From Ostreococcus lucimarinus (taxonomy: Eukaryota): 64,000 nt of DNA. Below, piece after piece: positions 1 through 9,221 of the stretch. Positions within the stretch are counted from its first letter, which is position 1. Every line of letters begins with the position of its first letter. The DNA is taken from the NCBI GenBank assembly GCA_000092065.1, contig CP000585.1; one strand, written 5' to 3'. The position numbers and the translations under genes are program-made. The notes below the pieces were generated by a model that worked only from the letters and a program-made list of their open reading frames with translations, did not search any database and had not been told where the DNA came from.

Positions 1-62
1 ACTGACGATCGTTACGCGCGCGTCGTGACGTAGATCTCGCGGACGTCCCCGCGGAGTTGCAG

Positions 63-932
63 CGGATACTACAAACGATCGGGGAGCTCGATAAACGGAA
101 CGTGCGATTGCGAGATGCGGTGCAAGCAAAGGTGGACGAGTGCGCGTCGGCGCCGAGTCTGAGCGCGCGAGGCGCGCGCAGCGCCGACGTCGACGCGGTG
201 AGCACGTTGAAGAAAGAGATCGAAGAACTTCACGATACGATGGCGATGGTATCCAATGAGAAGATACGGTTGGCGCAGATGGCGTTGGATTTAGTGAAAG
301 GGAACGCGACGGTGCTCGACGCTGAGATGAAGACGTTCCGCACAGAGCTCGAGGAACAAGGTATTAACCCGGACGAGGACGTCGATGATGGGTACGGCTA
401 CGCGCAGGTGCAAGCGCAGTACCACCGCAAGATGCAAAAGCCGCAATATCAATATCAAAGACCCGCGCCTATGCCGCAGCAGCAGCGCGCGTACGGCGAA
501 CACGCGATGAGCTCGATGGACGTCGGCGACCTCGTGGCGGCAAACGTAGGGGCGTTGAACCAAAGCGCCGGTGGACAAGAGTGGATCGTTGCGACCGTGA
601 CTCGATATTCTCCAACTGAACGCGAGTTTGAGATCGTTGATGCGGACGAAGACGCGGAAAAGCACGTGTACCGCTTGCCGCAAAAGTTTGTCATCCCGCT
701 TCCGAAGACGGCGTCTGTGAAGCAGTCGCAAAACTTTCCCGCCGGGACGAGCGTGCTCGCTGTGTACCCGAACACGACCACGTTCTACAAAGCCAAGGTC
801 GTGCAACCGGCGAGAAGACTCCCGAACGCGGAGTACAGCGAGTTCGTGTTAGAGTTTGAAGACGACGGCGACGCCGACGGTCAAGCGCATCGCCCCGTGC
901 CGTTCCGCCACGTCGTCTTATTTCCGCGATGA
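63..932 (+). CDS. SGF29: SGF29-like SAGA subunit (N-terminal coiled coil plus C-terminal tandem Tudor). It is 5'-partial in this window. The ORF-track start at 57 is TTG, and an in-frame TAG lies at 30-32 with no upstream ATG. A likely acceptor (ttgcAG|CGG at about 61-62) and a CTGAC branch at 2-6 suggest the window opens inside an intron.
   Basis: The translation aligns to the SGF29 coiled-coil region and then the tandem-Tudor signature (EWIVATVTRY..REFEIVD.DED..KHVYRLPQKFVIPLP...LAVYPNTTTFYKAKVV..EYSEFVLEFEDD). Stop at 930-932. The first in-frame ATG only at 240 would remove conserved N-terminal sequence. Confidence 0.6.
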   Translation, partial: RILQTIGELDKRNVRLRDAVQAKVDECASAPSLSARGARSADVDAVSTLKKEIEELHDTMAMVSNEKIRLAQMALDLVKGNATVLDAEMKTFRTELEEQGINPDEDVDDGYGYAQVQAQYHRKMQKPQYQYQRPAPMPQQQRAYGEHAMSSMDVGDLVAANVGALNQSAGGQEWIVATVTRYSPTEREFEIVDADEDAEKHVYRLPQKFVIPLPKTASVKQSQNFPAGTSVLAVYPNTTTFYKAKVVQPARRLPNAEYSEFVLEFEDDGDADGQAHRPVPFRHVVLFPR

Positions 933-1145
933 GCGGTGCGAGCGGGAACACAGTTTCGCGCGATCGATCGATCGTGCGTGCGCGCTATTTCGTGTAATCA
1001 ACAGGTAGTTTGTTAGCTTTAAAACACGCGACGAACGCTCGACTTCGGCGCGCGCCGAACCAAGTCGTCCCGTCTACTTTTGATTTGAGCCCGTCATCGC
1101 GCGACGACGTCGCTCGGGTCTTTGACCAGACCACACGACGGCCGC

Positions 1146-1607
1146 TTACGCCGGCGGAGACACCCCCGCGTGCGTCTCCAACCACATCTTGAGCTTATCG
1201 TACGAAATCGCCCCCTCGTTCTTCGACCCCGCCACCTCGGCGCCGTCCTTGAACATGATGAGCGTCGGAAGCCCATACACCGAGTACTTCTCCACCAGCG
1301 CCGGGTTCCCATCGCACTCGACCTTCACCACCTTGATCGCATCGCCGTACTCCTTATCAGCCTTCTCCACAATCTTACTGATCAGTTTGCACGGCCCGCA
1401 CCACGACGCCCAAAAATCGACGAGCACCGGCTTCCCCGCGCCCACGACCTCCGCCTCGAACGTCGCCTCGCTCACGTCCGCGACCGCGCGCGCCGTTCGC
1501 GCCGCGCGCGCCTCGCGCCCAGCGCCCGTTCGTCGTCCGCGTCCCATCACCCGACGCGTCGCCGCGCGTCCCATCGTCGGCGTCACCGTCGCCATCGCCG
1601 TCGCCAT
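1146..1607 (-). CDS. Thioredoxin with an Ala/Arg/Thr-rich N-terminal presequence (organellar targeting likely)
   Basis: WCGPC active site in a canonical thioredoxin fold (VLVDFWASWCGPCKLISKIVEKADKEY...VKVECDGNPALVEKYSVYGLPTLIMFKDG). The start is a real ATG (cat at 1605-1607). The presequence reads MATAMATVTPTMGRAATRRVMGRGRR... Confidence 0.85.
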   Translation of the reverse strand: MATAMATVTPTMGRAATRRVMGRGRRTGAGREARAARTARAVADVSEATFEAEVVGAGKPVLVDFWASWCGPCKLISKIVEKADKEYGDAIKVVKVECDGNPALVEKYSVYGLPTLIMFKDGAEVAGSKNEGAISYDKLKMWLETHAGVSPPA

Positions 1608-2631
1608 CGCCGTCGTCCCGCGCGCTCGCGACGCGCGTTCGTTCGCGCGCGCGTCCGCGTCCTCGACGAACGCGCGCGTTCGCGACGTTCAATTTCGCGC
1701 GCGTCGACGCGTTCGCCGCGCTCCCGCGCGTCGTCGTGTGCCGCGCGCGCGCGTCGCGCGATCGATCGCGCGACGTCACGACACGCGTCATCCAGTTTCC
1801 GAATGTCCGAACCCACCGTCGACCCCCTCGCGCGCGACGAGTCCGCACCCGCCATCGCGGCCCCGTCCGAAAAAGAAATAAAAAAAGTCCCGAACGTTTA
1901 CATGGCGCGAAACCGCGCATCGTGCGAGAATGATCTGCTTTTTGACGCGCGTCCTCGACCGCGCGTCGCGCGCCGTCGCCACGTCAGCGCGGTCGCCACA
2001 CGCCGACGACGCCATCGCGCGCGGGCCATCGCGCGCGCGCGAACGCCGCGCGACGCTCGACGGCGCGCGCGAGCGCGGACGCGCGCGAATCCGTCGATCG
2101 CGACGCGATCGCGCGGCGGCGCGACGCGAGGCCGCGGCGACGCGACGCGCGCGCGACCGCGCGAGGCGAACGGACGCGCCAACGGGACGCGGCGACGGGC
2201 GGCGGCGGCGCGGCGACGCGCGACGACGGCGCGCGCGCGACGCGAGAGCGCGAGCGCGCGCGAGCGATCGCGAGTAGAGGTGCGTGGACGCGCGACCGCG
2301 GCGATCCGACGACGCGGCGACGACGGCGCGCGCGCGATGCGGGCGCGGGCGACGCGATGATGCGCTTTTCGGGCATTCGCGAACGGGACGCGGGATTCGA
2401 ATGGAATGACTGACGAATGCGACGGTCGGCGACGGTAGACGGCGCGCGAGTGATCGAACATGGGCGACGTGCGGTTTGTCGCGCGCGAGGATCGAACGGC
2501 GTTCGCGAAGGCGAGGCCGTACGCGTACGCGAGCGAGGTGAGCGGCGAGGCGAATTCGTTCAAACGCGCGGGCGCCCAGCGAGACGCGGTCGAGACGGCT
2601 GACTGACGATTTTATTCCACGTCGCGCGTAG

Positions 2632-3285
2632 ATGTTTGAAAATGTGCGTCACGTTGGGCACGATTTGAAGGTTGAAGACGGTGGCGCGTGGCGCAGGCCG
2701 ACGTACGAGTCGATCGTCGCGGCGCAAGGGCGAGGCGAGCGAAGAGAGCGCGACTCGAGCGTGGAGAGCGACCACACGACGCAGAGCGACGCGTGCGCCA
2801 GGAAGGTGGTCGTCGAGGACGACGGACCGTCGCCCGAGGCTGGGGTCACGTGCGCGTGTTGTCGAACGCAAAAGACACCGTTGTGGAGAAATGGCCCGAC
2901 GGGGGCGAAGACGTTGTGCAACGCGTGCGGCGTGCGCTTCAAGGCGGGTCGCGTCGTGTGCGACGAGGACGGCAACGTCGTGACGTTGGCTCCGCAGAGT
3001 CGAAAGCGATCCTTGAGCGTTGATCACCACGAGCGCGGGCGGCAGCTGAACAAGAGTAACTACGCGGCTTTGCACAAGCGCATCAAGCCTTCGCACTCGT
3101 CGTTTGCGTACACGCATTTGAGCGACGCGCGAATGATCGAGCTCCAACGCGTGGGCGATCGAGGCGCCAAGGCGCCTTTTCCCCGCGTGCACTCTGCGAC
3201 AATTTTGACCGACTACGACGGTGCCGTGCTGCTGATGCTTTTGCACGACGGCGAAGAAAGTGAAGGCGAAAGCGACGAAGACTAG
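2632..3285 (+). CDS. GATA-type zinc-finger transcription factor
   Basis: A single C-x2-C-x17-C-x2-C GATA finger ([34 protein letters not shown]), an acidic C-terminus, and ATG at 2632. Confidence 0.7.
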   Translation: MFENVRHVGHDLKVEDGGAWRRPTYESIVAAQGRGERRERDSSVESDHTTQSDACARKVVVEDDGPSPEAGVTCACCRTQKTPLWRNGPTGAKTLCNACGVRFKAGRVVCDEDGNVVTLAPQSRKRSLSVDHHERGRQLNKSNYAALHKRIKPSHSSFAYTHLSDARMIELQRVGDRGAKAPFPRVHSATILTDYDGAVLLMLLHDGEESEGESDED

Positions 3286-3575
3286 GTTTGTCTTCAGCAC
3301 CCTGTACCATGACCATTCTGTTTGTTTTTTGTTTTGCGCGCTCTTGGTTTCAGCCGCGGCCCCGAGGTCTTGTCCTCGGGTTGTACTTTTTTCAAATAAC
3401 CCGGTCGCACGAAAGTGCGCCTGTAAAAAATCGATTCTTTTTCACGACGTTGAGCGTGACATCGTACAATAAAACCATATTCATAACTCTGTAAACTTTG
3501 CTTTGATGTGTTATAAAAACTTTCCACTTTTTCTCCGTCATATCCAGTTTCTACTCGCGCGACGCGCGCCGACTA
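3286..3575. terminator. AT/T-rich 3' region shared by convergent genes (GATA stop at 3285, Tim22-like stop at 3576); probable polyadenylation and termination zone
   Basis: A sharp drop in GC content, with T-runs (ttttgttttttgttttg, ttttttcaaataac) and aataaaa/ataaaaa motifs between two convergent stop codons. Confidence 0.4.
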
Positions 3576-4247
3576 TTAATGGTGGTCCATAAACTTATCC
3601 ATCGCCACGCTCAACGCCGCCATCGTCGCGCACCCCACCGCCATTCCCGTCGGCCCACTCGTGCGCGCCATCACCCCACCCGTGAAGCAACCCGCGTACG
3701 CGCTATTCGCCACGTCGTGCTTCGCTCGCACCTTTTCCACCACGCACTCGCTCCCGGCGTACAACGCTCCGAACGCCGCGAACCCTTTCGCGTAACTCCA
3801 CGATCGCGCACCCGCGCTTTTCGCACCTTGTCTAATGGTCTCCCTCATCGTCACCTTCGGCGCATCCGGCGCCGGCACCTCCATCGGCTCGAACGCGCCG
3901 AACACCACGCCCATGACCCCGCCCAGGGCGCCGCCGAGCACGCACGACATCACCGTCTTAATCGCGCAGTTATCCATCGCGTCCTGCTGATACACGTCCT
4001 CGGGCGTCGGCAGCTTCACTCGCTCGTACGTCTTCTTCTTTTTCTTCTTCTTCTCCCCCGGCGTCGCCGTCGCCGCGCGCAGTTCGCCGTCAACCTCGCC
4101 CGCCGTCACCTCGCTCGTCGACGTCTCGAGCGTCGACGACGCGTCGTCGCGCGTCACCGACGCCGAAGACGCGTCCATCGCGGTATCGTCCGACATCTCG
4201 CGCGGCGTCGCGCCCGCGCTCGCGTCGCGCGCGTCCGTAGTCGTCAT
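3576..4247 (-). CDS. Tim17/Tim22/Tim23-family (PRAT) inner-membrane translocase subunit, Tim22-like
   Basis: Gly-zipper membrane core (VLGGALGGVMGVVFGAFE...GFAAFGALYAGSECVVEKVRAKHDVANSAYAGCFTGGVMAR) with the R-x3-D...G..TGG family signature. Start is the ATG at 4245-4247 (MTTTD), with an alternative ATG at 4194-4196 (MSDD). The ORF-track extension to 4370 is unlikely because it would overlap the divergent neighbour. Confidence 0.6.
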   Translation of the reverse strand: MTTTDARDASAGATPREMSDDTAMDASSASVTRDDASSTLETSTSEVTAGEVDGELRAATATPGEKKKKKKKTYERVKLPTPEDVYQQDAMDNCAIKTVMSCVLGGALGGVMGVVFGAFEPMEVPAPDAPKVTMRETIRQGAKSAGARSWSYAKGFAAFGALYAGSECVVEKVRAKHDVANSAYAGCFTGGVMARTSGPTGMAVGCATMAALSVAMDKFMDHH

Positions 4248-4286
4248 CGCGCGCGTCGAAGTGCGGGACGGCAGTTCGCGCCGCCC
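4248..4286. promoter_or_regulatory. Very short (39 bp) head-to-head spacer between the Tim22-like and carnosine-N-methyltransferase-like start codons; bidirectional promoter or overlapping 5' UTRs
   Basis: ATG(-) at 4245-4247 and ATG(+) at 4287-4289. GC-rich. Confidence 0.35.
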
Positions 4287-5438
4287 ATGGTCGACGCCGA
4301 CGCCGCGGACGGCGTCGAGGGCGACGCGCGCGAGCGCGAGGCGTTTCTGAAGATCGCGCGCGCCGTGCACGCGTACGACGCCGACGCGGCGCGACTGCTC
4401 GAGCGATGGCGCGCGCGACTCGAGCGGGACGACCTGCCGAAACGCTACGACGGCGCGCTCGACGGCGCGCGACGGGACGTGCGAACGCTCGGTGCGAAAG
4501 CCAAGGCGTTAAACTATGATTTCTTGCGGTGCGCGCTGCACACGTTCGTGGATAATGAGCGCGCGCCCGCGCATTTGCGCATTCCGAGCGCGCGCGTCGC
4601 CGCGTGGTCGCGGGACGAAGCGTTTCGCGCGGAGCGGGACGACGTGGATAAGGTGCGGTACGTGCTGAAGAATGTGTGGCGAGATTGGTCGGAAGAGGGT
4701 GCGCGCGAGCGGAAACCGGTGTACGATTTGATATTCTCGGCGTTGAGGGAGAAGTTGGGGGCGATCGACGCGCGCGTCGGGAGCCCGGTTGGCGAGGCGC
4801 CGCGCGTGCTCGTGCCTGGATGCGGTTTGGGACGATTGGTGTTTGAGTTAGCCAAGCTCGGATACGACGCGCAAGGGAATGAGTTTAGTTACTACATGTT
4901 GATGTTCTCTTCGTTTTTGCTGAACGCGACGAGCGAGGTTGGGGAATTTGGAATTTGTCCATGGATGCATAGTCGAAGCAACCATCGCGAGGCGGCGGAC
5001 ATGTGGCGGGAAACGCGCATCCCAGATGAGGTTCCGGGCGACGCGAATTTGCCACCAGGAGCGATGATGAGCATGGCCGCTGGGGACTTCGCGGCGGTGT
5101 ACGGAGAGGCGCGCGAAACCGGAATGTGGGACGCCGTCGTGACGTGCTTCTTCATCGACACCGCGCACAACATCGTAGAGTATTTAGAGTGCATCGCCAA
5201 CTGCCTACGTCCTGGAGGATGTTGGGTGAATTTCGGGCCATTGCTTTATCATTGGGAAGAGTACGTCGACGAACAGAGCGTCGAACTGTCGCTCGAGGAA
5301 GTGCTCGCCGCGGCGGAATCGTTCGGCTTGCGCGTCGAGCGCTCGGAATCGACCGCGCCAGTCGACTACACGAGCGATCCACGCTCCATGCACAAGACGA
5401 CGTACTCGTGCGCGTTCATCGTCGCCACCAAAGTGTAA
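4287..5438 (+). CDS. CARNMT1: Carnosine N-methyltransferase-like (N2227/UPF0586 family SAM-dependent methyltransferase)
   Basis: N2227 signatures: VLVPGCGLGRLVFELAKLGY..QGNEFSYYML, VVTCFFIDTAHNIVEYLE.I...L.PGGCWVNFGPLLYHWEE. The first ATG of the domain-containing frame is at 4287. The ORF-track 5' extension to 3579 is antisense to Tim22. Confidence 0.75.
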   Translation: MVDADAADGVEGDAREREAFLKIARAVHAYDADAARLLERWRARLERDDLPKRYDGALDGARRDVRTLGAKAKALNYDFLRCALHTFVDNERAPAHLRIPSARVAAWSRDEAFRAERDDVDKVRYVLKNVWRDWSEEGARERKPVYDLIFSALREKLGAIDARVGSPVGEAPRVLVPGCGLGRLVFELAKLGYDAQGNEFSYYMLMFSSFLLNATSEVGEFGICPWMHSRSNHREAADMWRETRIPDEVPGDANLPPGAMMSMAAGDFAAVYGEARETGMWDAVVTCFFIDTAHNIVEYLECIANCLRPGGCWVNFGPLLYHWEEYVDEQSVELSLEEVLAAAESFGLRVERSESTAPVDYTSDPRSMHKTTYSCAFIVATKV

Positions 5439-5713
5439 CATCACACAGCTGTACATCGCGCCGCACGCGTCATCGCGCGCGCTCGCATCGCTTCGATTCC
5501 GTCGTCGTCTCGCGTCGCGCTTCTTCCCCTCTCTCCCGCGTCCGCACACCGCGTCGTCGCGCGCGCGGGTCCGGGCGAATGCCCTCGCGAGGCGACTCCC
5601 GCTCGCCTCGCGCGTCTCCGCGCGCCGGCGCGACGTCTCGCTCGCCCCATCACGCGGCGAACGAGCGCGCGGATGGCGTTGATGTTGGTGTTGCGACGCC
5701 GCGTCCGGTGAAG

Positions 5714-8700
5714 ATGTCGCCGGTGCCGCACGCGCGACCGCCGAGCGACCTCCCGGCGGCGCTGCGAGAGATCGACCGGTTGCGCGCGCTGCAAGAAAAA
5801 AACGCGTCGAGCGCGATGGTGGCGACGCGCCGGGCGTTCGACGAACAGGCGCGATTGGAGAAGAAAATCGAGACGCTCGAGCGCGCGGCGGAGGAGGCGA
5901 AGGCGAAGGTCGAGGAGGCGACGGTGAAGGCGGAACGCGAGGCGCAAGATACAAAAAAAGCGCTTAAAGCGGCGAAGAAGAAGACGCAAAAGCTGGAGGC
6001 GAAGTTAGAGGAACAAAAGATGGAGACGCGAAAGTGGGAAAAGTACGCGAGCGAGAATTTGCGCGGCGAGATGGCGGAGAGCGCGGAGAAGCTGGAGAGG
6101 GCGAGTCAGCGCGAGATTGAACTCGAGGATCGGTGTTCGAGACAAGAGAGCGCTTTGGAGGCGATGCGTGGGCAGATAGAGGAGTTGAGCTCGACGTTGG
6201 AGGATGAGAGGAAGCGAGTGCAGACCAAGACAAGTTCGCAGGCGAACGAGGTGAAACGGCTTCAAGAGGAATTGCGGGAAGCGTTGGACTCGGCGGCGAC
6301 GATAAAAGAAGAGGCCGATTTGACTGTAGAGTCTTTGCGCGCGGCAATGGAAGCTCAAGTTGGCGGTGGCGACGGTAATGAACGTATGAATGAAGAAATC
6401 CAACGCTTGCGCGCGCGCGTCGAAGAATTGAGCGCGTCGCAGGTATCTTCGACAAGTAGCGACGAGTTCGCTCGATTGGAGGAAAAGACGATCGCTCTAG
6501 AGCGACTTTTAGAAGGCGAGCGCGCATCAAAGGCAGTGTTGCGAGCGGAAAAGGATGAAGTAGAAAGATGCGCCGCTGCAGCGGAGGCGAGCGCGACCGC
6601 TCGCGATGCGAAGACTGCACAACTCGACGAGCAAGTCGCGACTCTGTCACACCAAGTGGTTAACCTTGAGCAAGCTTTGCGTAAAGAACAAGAGTTACAC
6701 GCATCGTCGAAGAAAAAAGCCATCGATGACGTGAGAGCCGTAAGAAATACGTCGACAGCGGCAGAAAAGGCCATCGCGGCGGCGAACGCGGCGATGGATT
6801 CGGCGGAGACGCGCGCTGAACAATCTGAACAAATGGCTCGTGAACGTGAAGAATCCATCAAACAGCTCACCACGCAACTGGCTGATGCAAAGCGCCGTGA
6901 GGACCAACTGAGGTTAGAGTTGAGCAAGTCTTCGGATTCCGATTCTCAACAACTAAAGGAGAAGCAACAGAGAATTGAAGAGCTCTCGACGCGAGTCGCC
7001 GAACTGGAAACTGTTTCCAAGCAAGTCGATGATCTGAAGGAGGCTCTCCGTTCGGCGACCGCTGCCACGACGGCAGCCGCGCGTTCCATCGAAGAAAGCG
7101 AAGTCGAACTGGCGCAAGAGCGTCAGCGCGCTGGGGTCGCGGAAGAGAAGTTCGCACAGGCTCGCCAAGCCGCTGAGGAAGCCTTGAAGAGCGTCCAGGA
7201 ACGCGACGCACGAATAAAAGAGTTGACACTTGAGCTTCAATCGACATCAGCTCAAGTAAAGGAGGCGCGGGACAACATGCAACTGATCTCTGCGAGCGCA
7301 TCTTCGAACGAAGAGATTGAGAAACGCCGAGAAGTTGAGGTTCAAGCCGCGACGTCGCTGGCAAAAGCCTCCGAATCACGCGCAGCTGGACTTGCATCAC
7401 AGCTTAAGATTGCCGAAGACGCGCGAGAGGAAGCGGCCAAGGACGTCGATCGCTTGAAACGTGAACTGAGTACCGCGCTAAATTCGCTGAAGGCGAGCAA
7501 ATCAGCGGCAACACGCGCGGTTCAAGAAGCCGTGAGTGCGAGCGGTAAACGCGCGCAACAATTGACAAAGGAGCTCGAAACGGCGAAACAAGAGCATGCG
7601 AGCGCACGATCCGTCGTCACTGACTTAGAGGTTGAGAACAAACGCATCAAGAACCAATATGCTGAGCTTGAAATCCTCGTCGCACAGCTCAGAGAAAGTC
7701 TCCAGACGATTGAAAGAGATGCCGAGACAAAGAATCATGACAAATTGGACATGGAGTACATGCGGCGAGAAGAAGATCTTCGTGCAGAAATCAGCGACTT
7801 GGTTCTCGAGTTGCACGAAGTTCGCGATGATTCTATGTCCAAGATAGAAACGGCCGAACGACAAGTATCCGCGCTGGAATCCCAAATCGAGGAGCTGGAG
7901 GCGGCGCTCATTCAAAGCCGCGACGAGACTCGAACGCTTTCGCAACAATCCAGCGCCAAGCGGTCCGACTTGACGCAGGAAACGAGTGAATTGAGGAAAA
8001 AACTCGTTGAAGCGCAAGAAATCGCCGCGACAGCATCTGGGGCGACGGAGGCTGTGAAGCGCCGATACGAAGCTCGTCTGCGCGACGCCAGCGAGTTGGC
8101 GGAGAAACAAATCATTTCACTCACGAAGGACCTAGATAACGCGAAACGACTCGTCGAGCTGGCGGAGAAGGCAAAGGCGCACGCGCAACAAGAGGCTGCT
8201 CGCGCGGCTGACGATTTGAAAGAAAAAGACGCCTTATTCGAGGAGCAACTCGCGAACGTTCGTATGGCTGTTAACGCCGTAAACGATGAAAAGCTTGCAT
8301 TGAGTCAACAGGTTGAGGAGGCAAAGGCTGAATGCGCAGCAATTCGGAAGCAAAAGGATGCTATGGAGAACGATCTCGTGGAAACTTGTTCGCTTCTCGA
8401 GAAAGTCTCTGCGAAAGCAAACGCGTCGGCAGATGAATATAAGATAACCATCACCGAAATGAACGCGTCAACTGAGAGTCTCAAGGAAAAGCTCGAGGCT
8501 GAAATTTTGCTCGCCATGGACCTCGCTGAGGAGAAGGAAATCATCATACGAAAGATGGAAACGCGACAAGACGAACTTCGCGCGCAGCTCGACGCTCTCC
8601 ACGAAAAATCATCGGTGAGCACGTCAAGAGTTGTTGCCTTGGAGTCCAAGCTCAAGGAGACCACCGCGGGCGAACGGGAACGTCTCGTTGTTTTGCAAAC

Positions 8701-9181
8701 TGAAAACAAGCGCTTGGAAAAACGACTGAAAGACACCTGGACTGCGTTACAAGGGGCGCACGCAGTGGTTGAGCAAACGAAGACGGCAGCGAAGGATGCC
8801 GTTCGTAAAGCGAATACCGCAGCGTCTCGCGCAGAGAAAGTCGCCCTGAAGCTGAAGCAAGAGCTCGCGAGCGCGCGCGGAAGTCGCCATCCTCTCGTCG
8901 CGGTGGATGAAGGGAGCGAACCGGCATCGCAGTCGGCGTCGCAAACGGCTTTGCGCCCGACATCTACGAAAGCTTCTCCAGTGAAACCGATTGTTCGGGG
9001 CAGTAATAACGCGTTTGACGACGAAATGCAACGCGCTAGTGATCTCTTGGAGCGCATCAGTCGGCAGACAAGTAGAGAATCGAGCTTGAAGGACGACGAA
9101 TCAACTCGAGGCGGAAGCGAGACAAGCAGCCAAGCGGGCGCCCTGGGCGGTTCTTTTGGATACCGCGGGGCGATGCAATGA
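5714..9181 (+). CDS. Long alpha-helical coiled-coil protein (about 1155 aa; SMC/myosin-tail-like heptad composition, no recognisable globular domain)
   Basis: Continuous E/K/R/A/L-rich heptad-like sequence from MSPVPHARPPSDLPAALREIDRLRALQEK to ...SFGYRGAMQ. ATG at 5714, with an alternative upstream ATG at 5579 (MPSRGDSRSP...). The ORF-track start at 5126 lies inside the upstream gene's 3' end. Confidence 0.6.
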   Translation: MSPVPHARPPSDLPAALREIDRLRALQEKNASSAMVATRRAFDEQARLEKKIETLERAAEEAKAKVEEATVKAEREAQDTKKALKAAKKKTQKLEAKLEEQKMETRKWEKYASENLRGEMAESAEKLERASQREIELEDRCSRQESALEAMRGQIEELSSTLEDERKRVQTKTSSQANEVKRLQEELREALDSAATIKEEADLTVESLRAAMEAQVGGGDGNERMNEEIQRLRARVEELSASQVSSTSSDEFARLEEKTIALERLLEGERASKAVLRAEKDEVERCAAAAEASATARDAKTAQLDEQVATLSHQVVNLEQALRKEQELHASSKKKAIDDVRAVRNTSTAAEKAIAAANAAMDSAETRAEQSEQMAREREESIKQLTTQLADAKRREDQLRLELSKSSDSDSQQLKEKQQRIEELSTRVAELETVSKQVDDLKEALRSATAATTAAARSIEESEVELAQERQRAGVAEEKFAQARQAAEEALKSVQERDARIKELTLELQSTSAQVKEARDNMQLISASASSNEEIEKRREVEVQAATSLAKASESRAAGLASQLKIAEDAREEAAKDVDRLKRELSTALNSLKASKSAATRAVQEAVSASGKRAQQLTKELETAKQEHASARSVVTDLEVENKRIKNQYAELEILVAQLRESLQTIERDAETKNHDKLDMEYMRREEDLRAEISDLVLELHEVRDDSMSKIETAERQVSALESQIEELEAALIQSRDETRTLSQQSSAKRSDLTQETSELRKKLVEAQEIAATASGATEAVKRRYEARLRDASELAEKQIISLTKDLDNAKRLVELAEKAKAHAQQEAARAADDLKEKDALFEEQLANVRMAVNAVNDEKLALSQQVEEAKAECAAIRKQKDAMENDLVETCSLLEKVSAKANASADEYKITITEMNASTESLKEKLEAEILLAMDLAEEKEIIIRKMETRQDELRAQLDALHEKSSVSTSRVVALESKLKETTAGERERLVVLQTENKRLEKRLKDTWTALQGAHAVVEQTKTAAKDAVRKANTAASRAEKVALKLKQELASARGSRHPLVAVDEGSEPASQSASQTALRPTSTKASPVKPIVRGSNNAFDDEMQRASDLLERISRQTSRESSLKDDESTRGGSETSSQAGALGGSFGYRGAMQ

Positions 9182-9221
9182 GCGCAATAGCTAATTTAAT
9201 TCACATCTAGTCCTAGTAGCG

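Noticed and set aside
57-62. ORF-track 'M' start of the SGF29 ORF at 57
   Set aside because: The codon is TTG. The track uses alternative starts (also GTG at 19018, 27883, 50776, and TTG at 49987 and 15186), so starts were re-derived from real ATGs or splice logic.
1122-2360. Long ORFs (1122..2360 +, 1898..2563 -, 1375..1920 -) in the thioredoxin–GATA spacer
   Set aside because: The translations are Arg/Ala-rich low complexity on both strands with no domain. This is the typical stop-poor artefact of CGCG-rich DNA.
2385-2410. gggattcgaatgg, resembling a tRNA T-loop
   Set aside because: No D-arm, anticodon stem or acceptor pairing around it.
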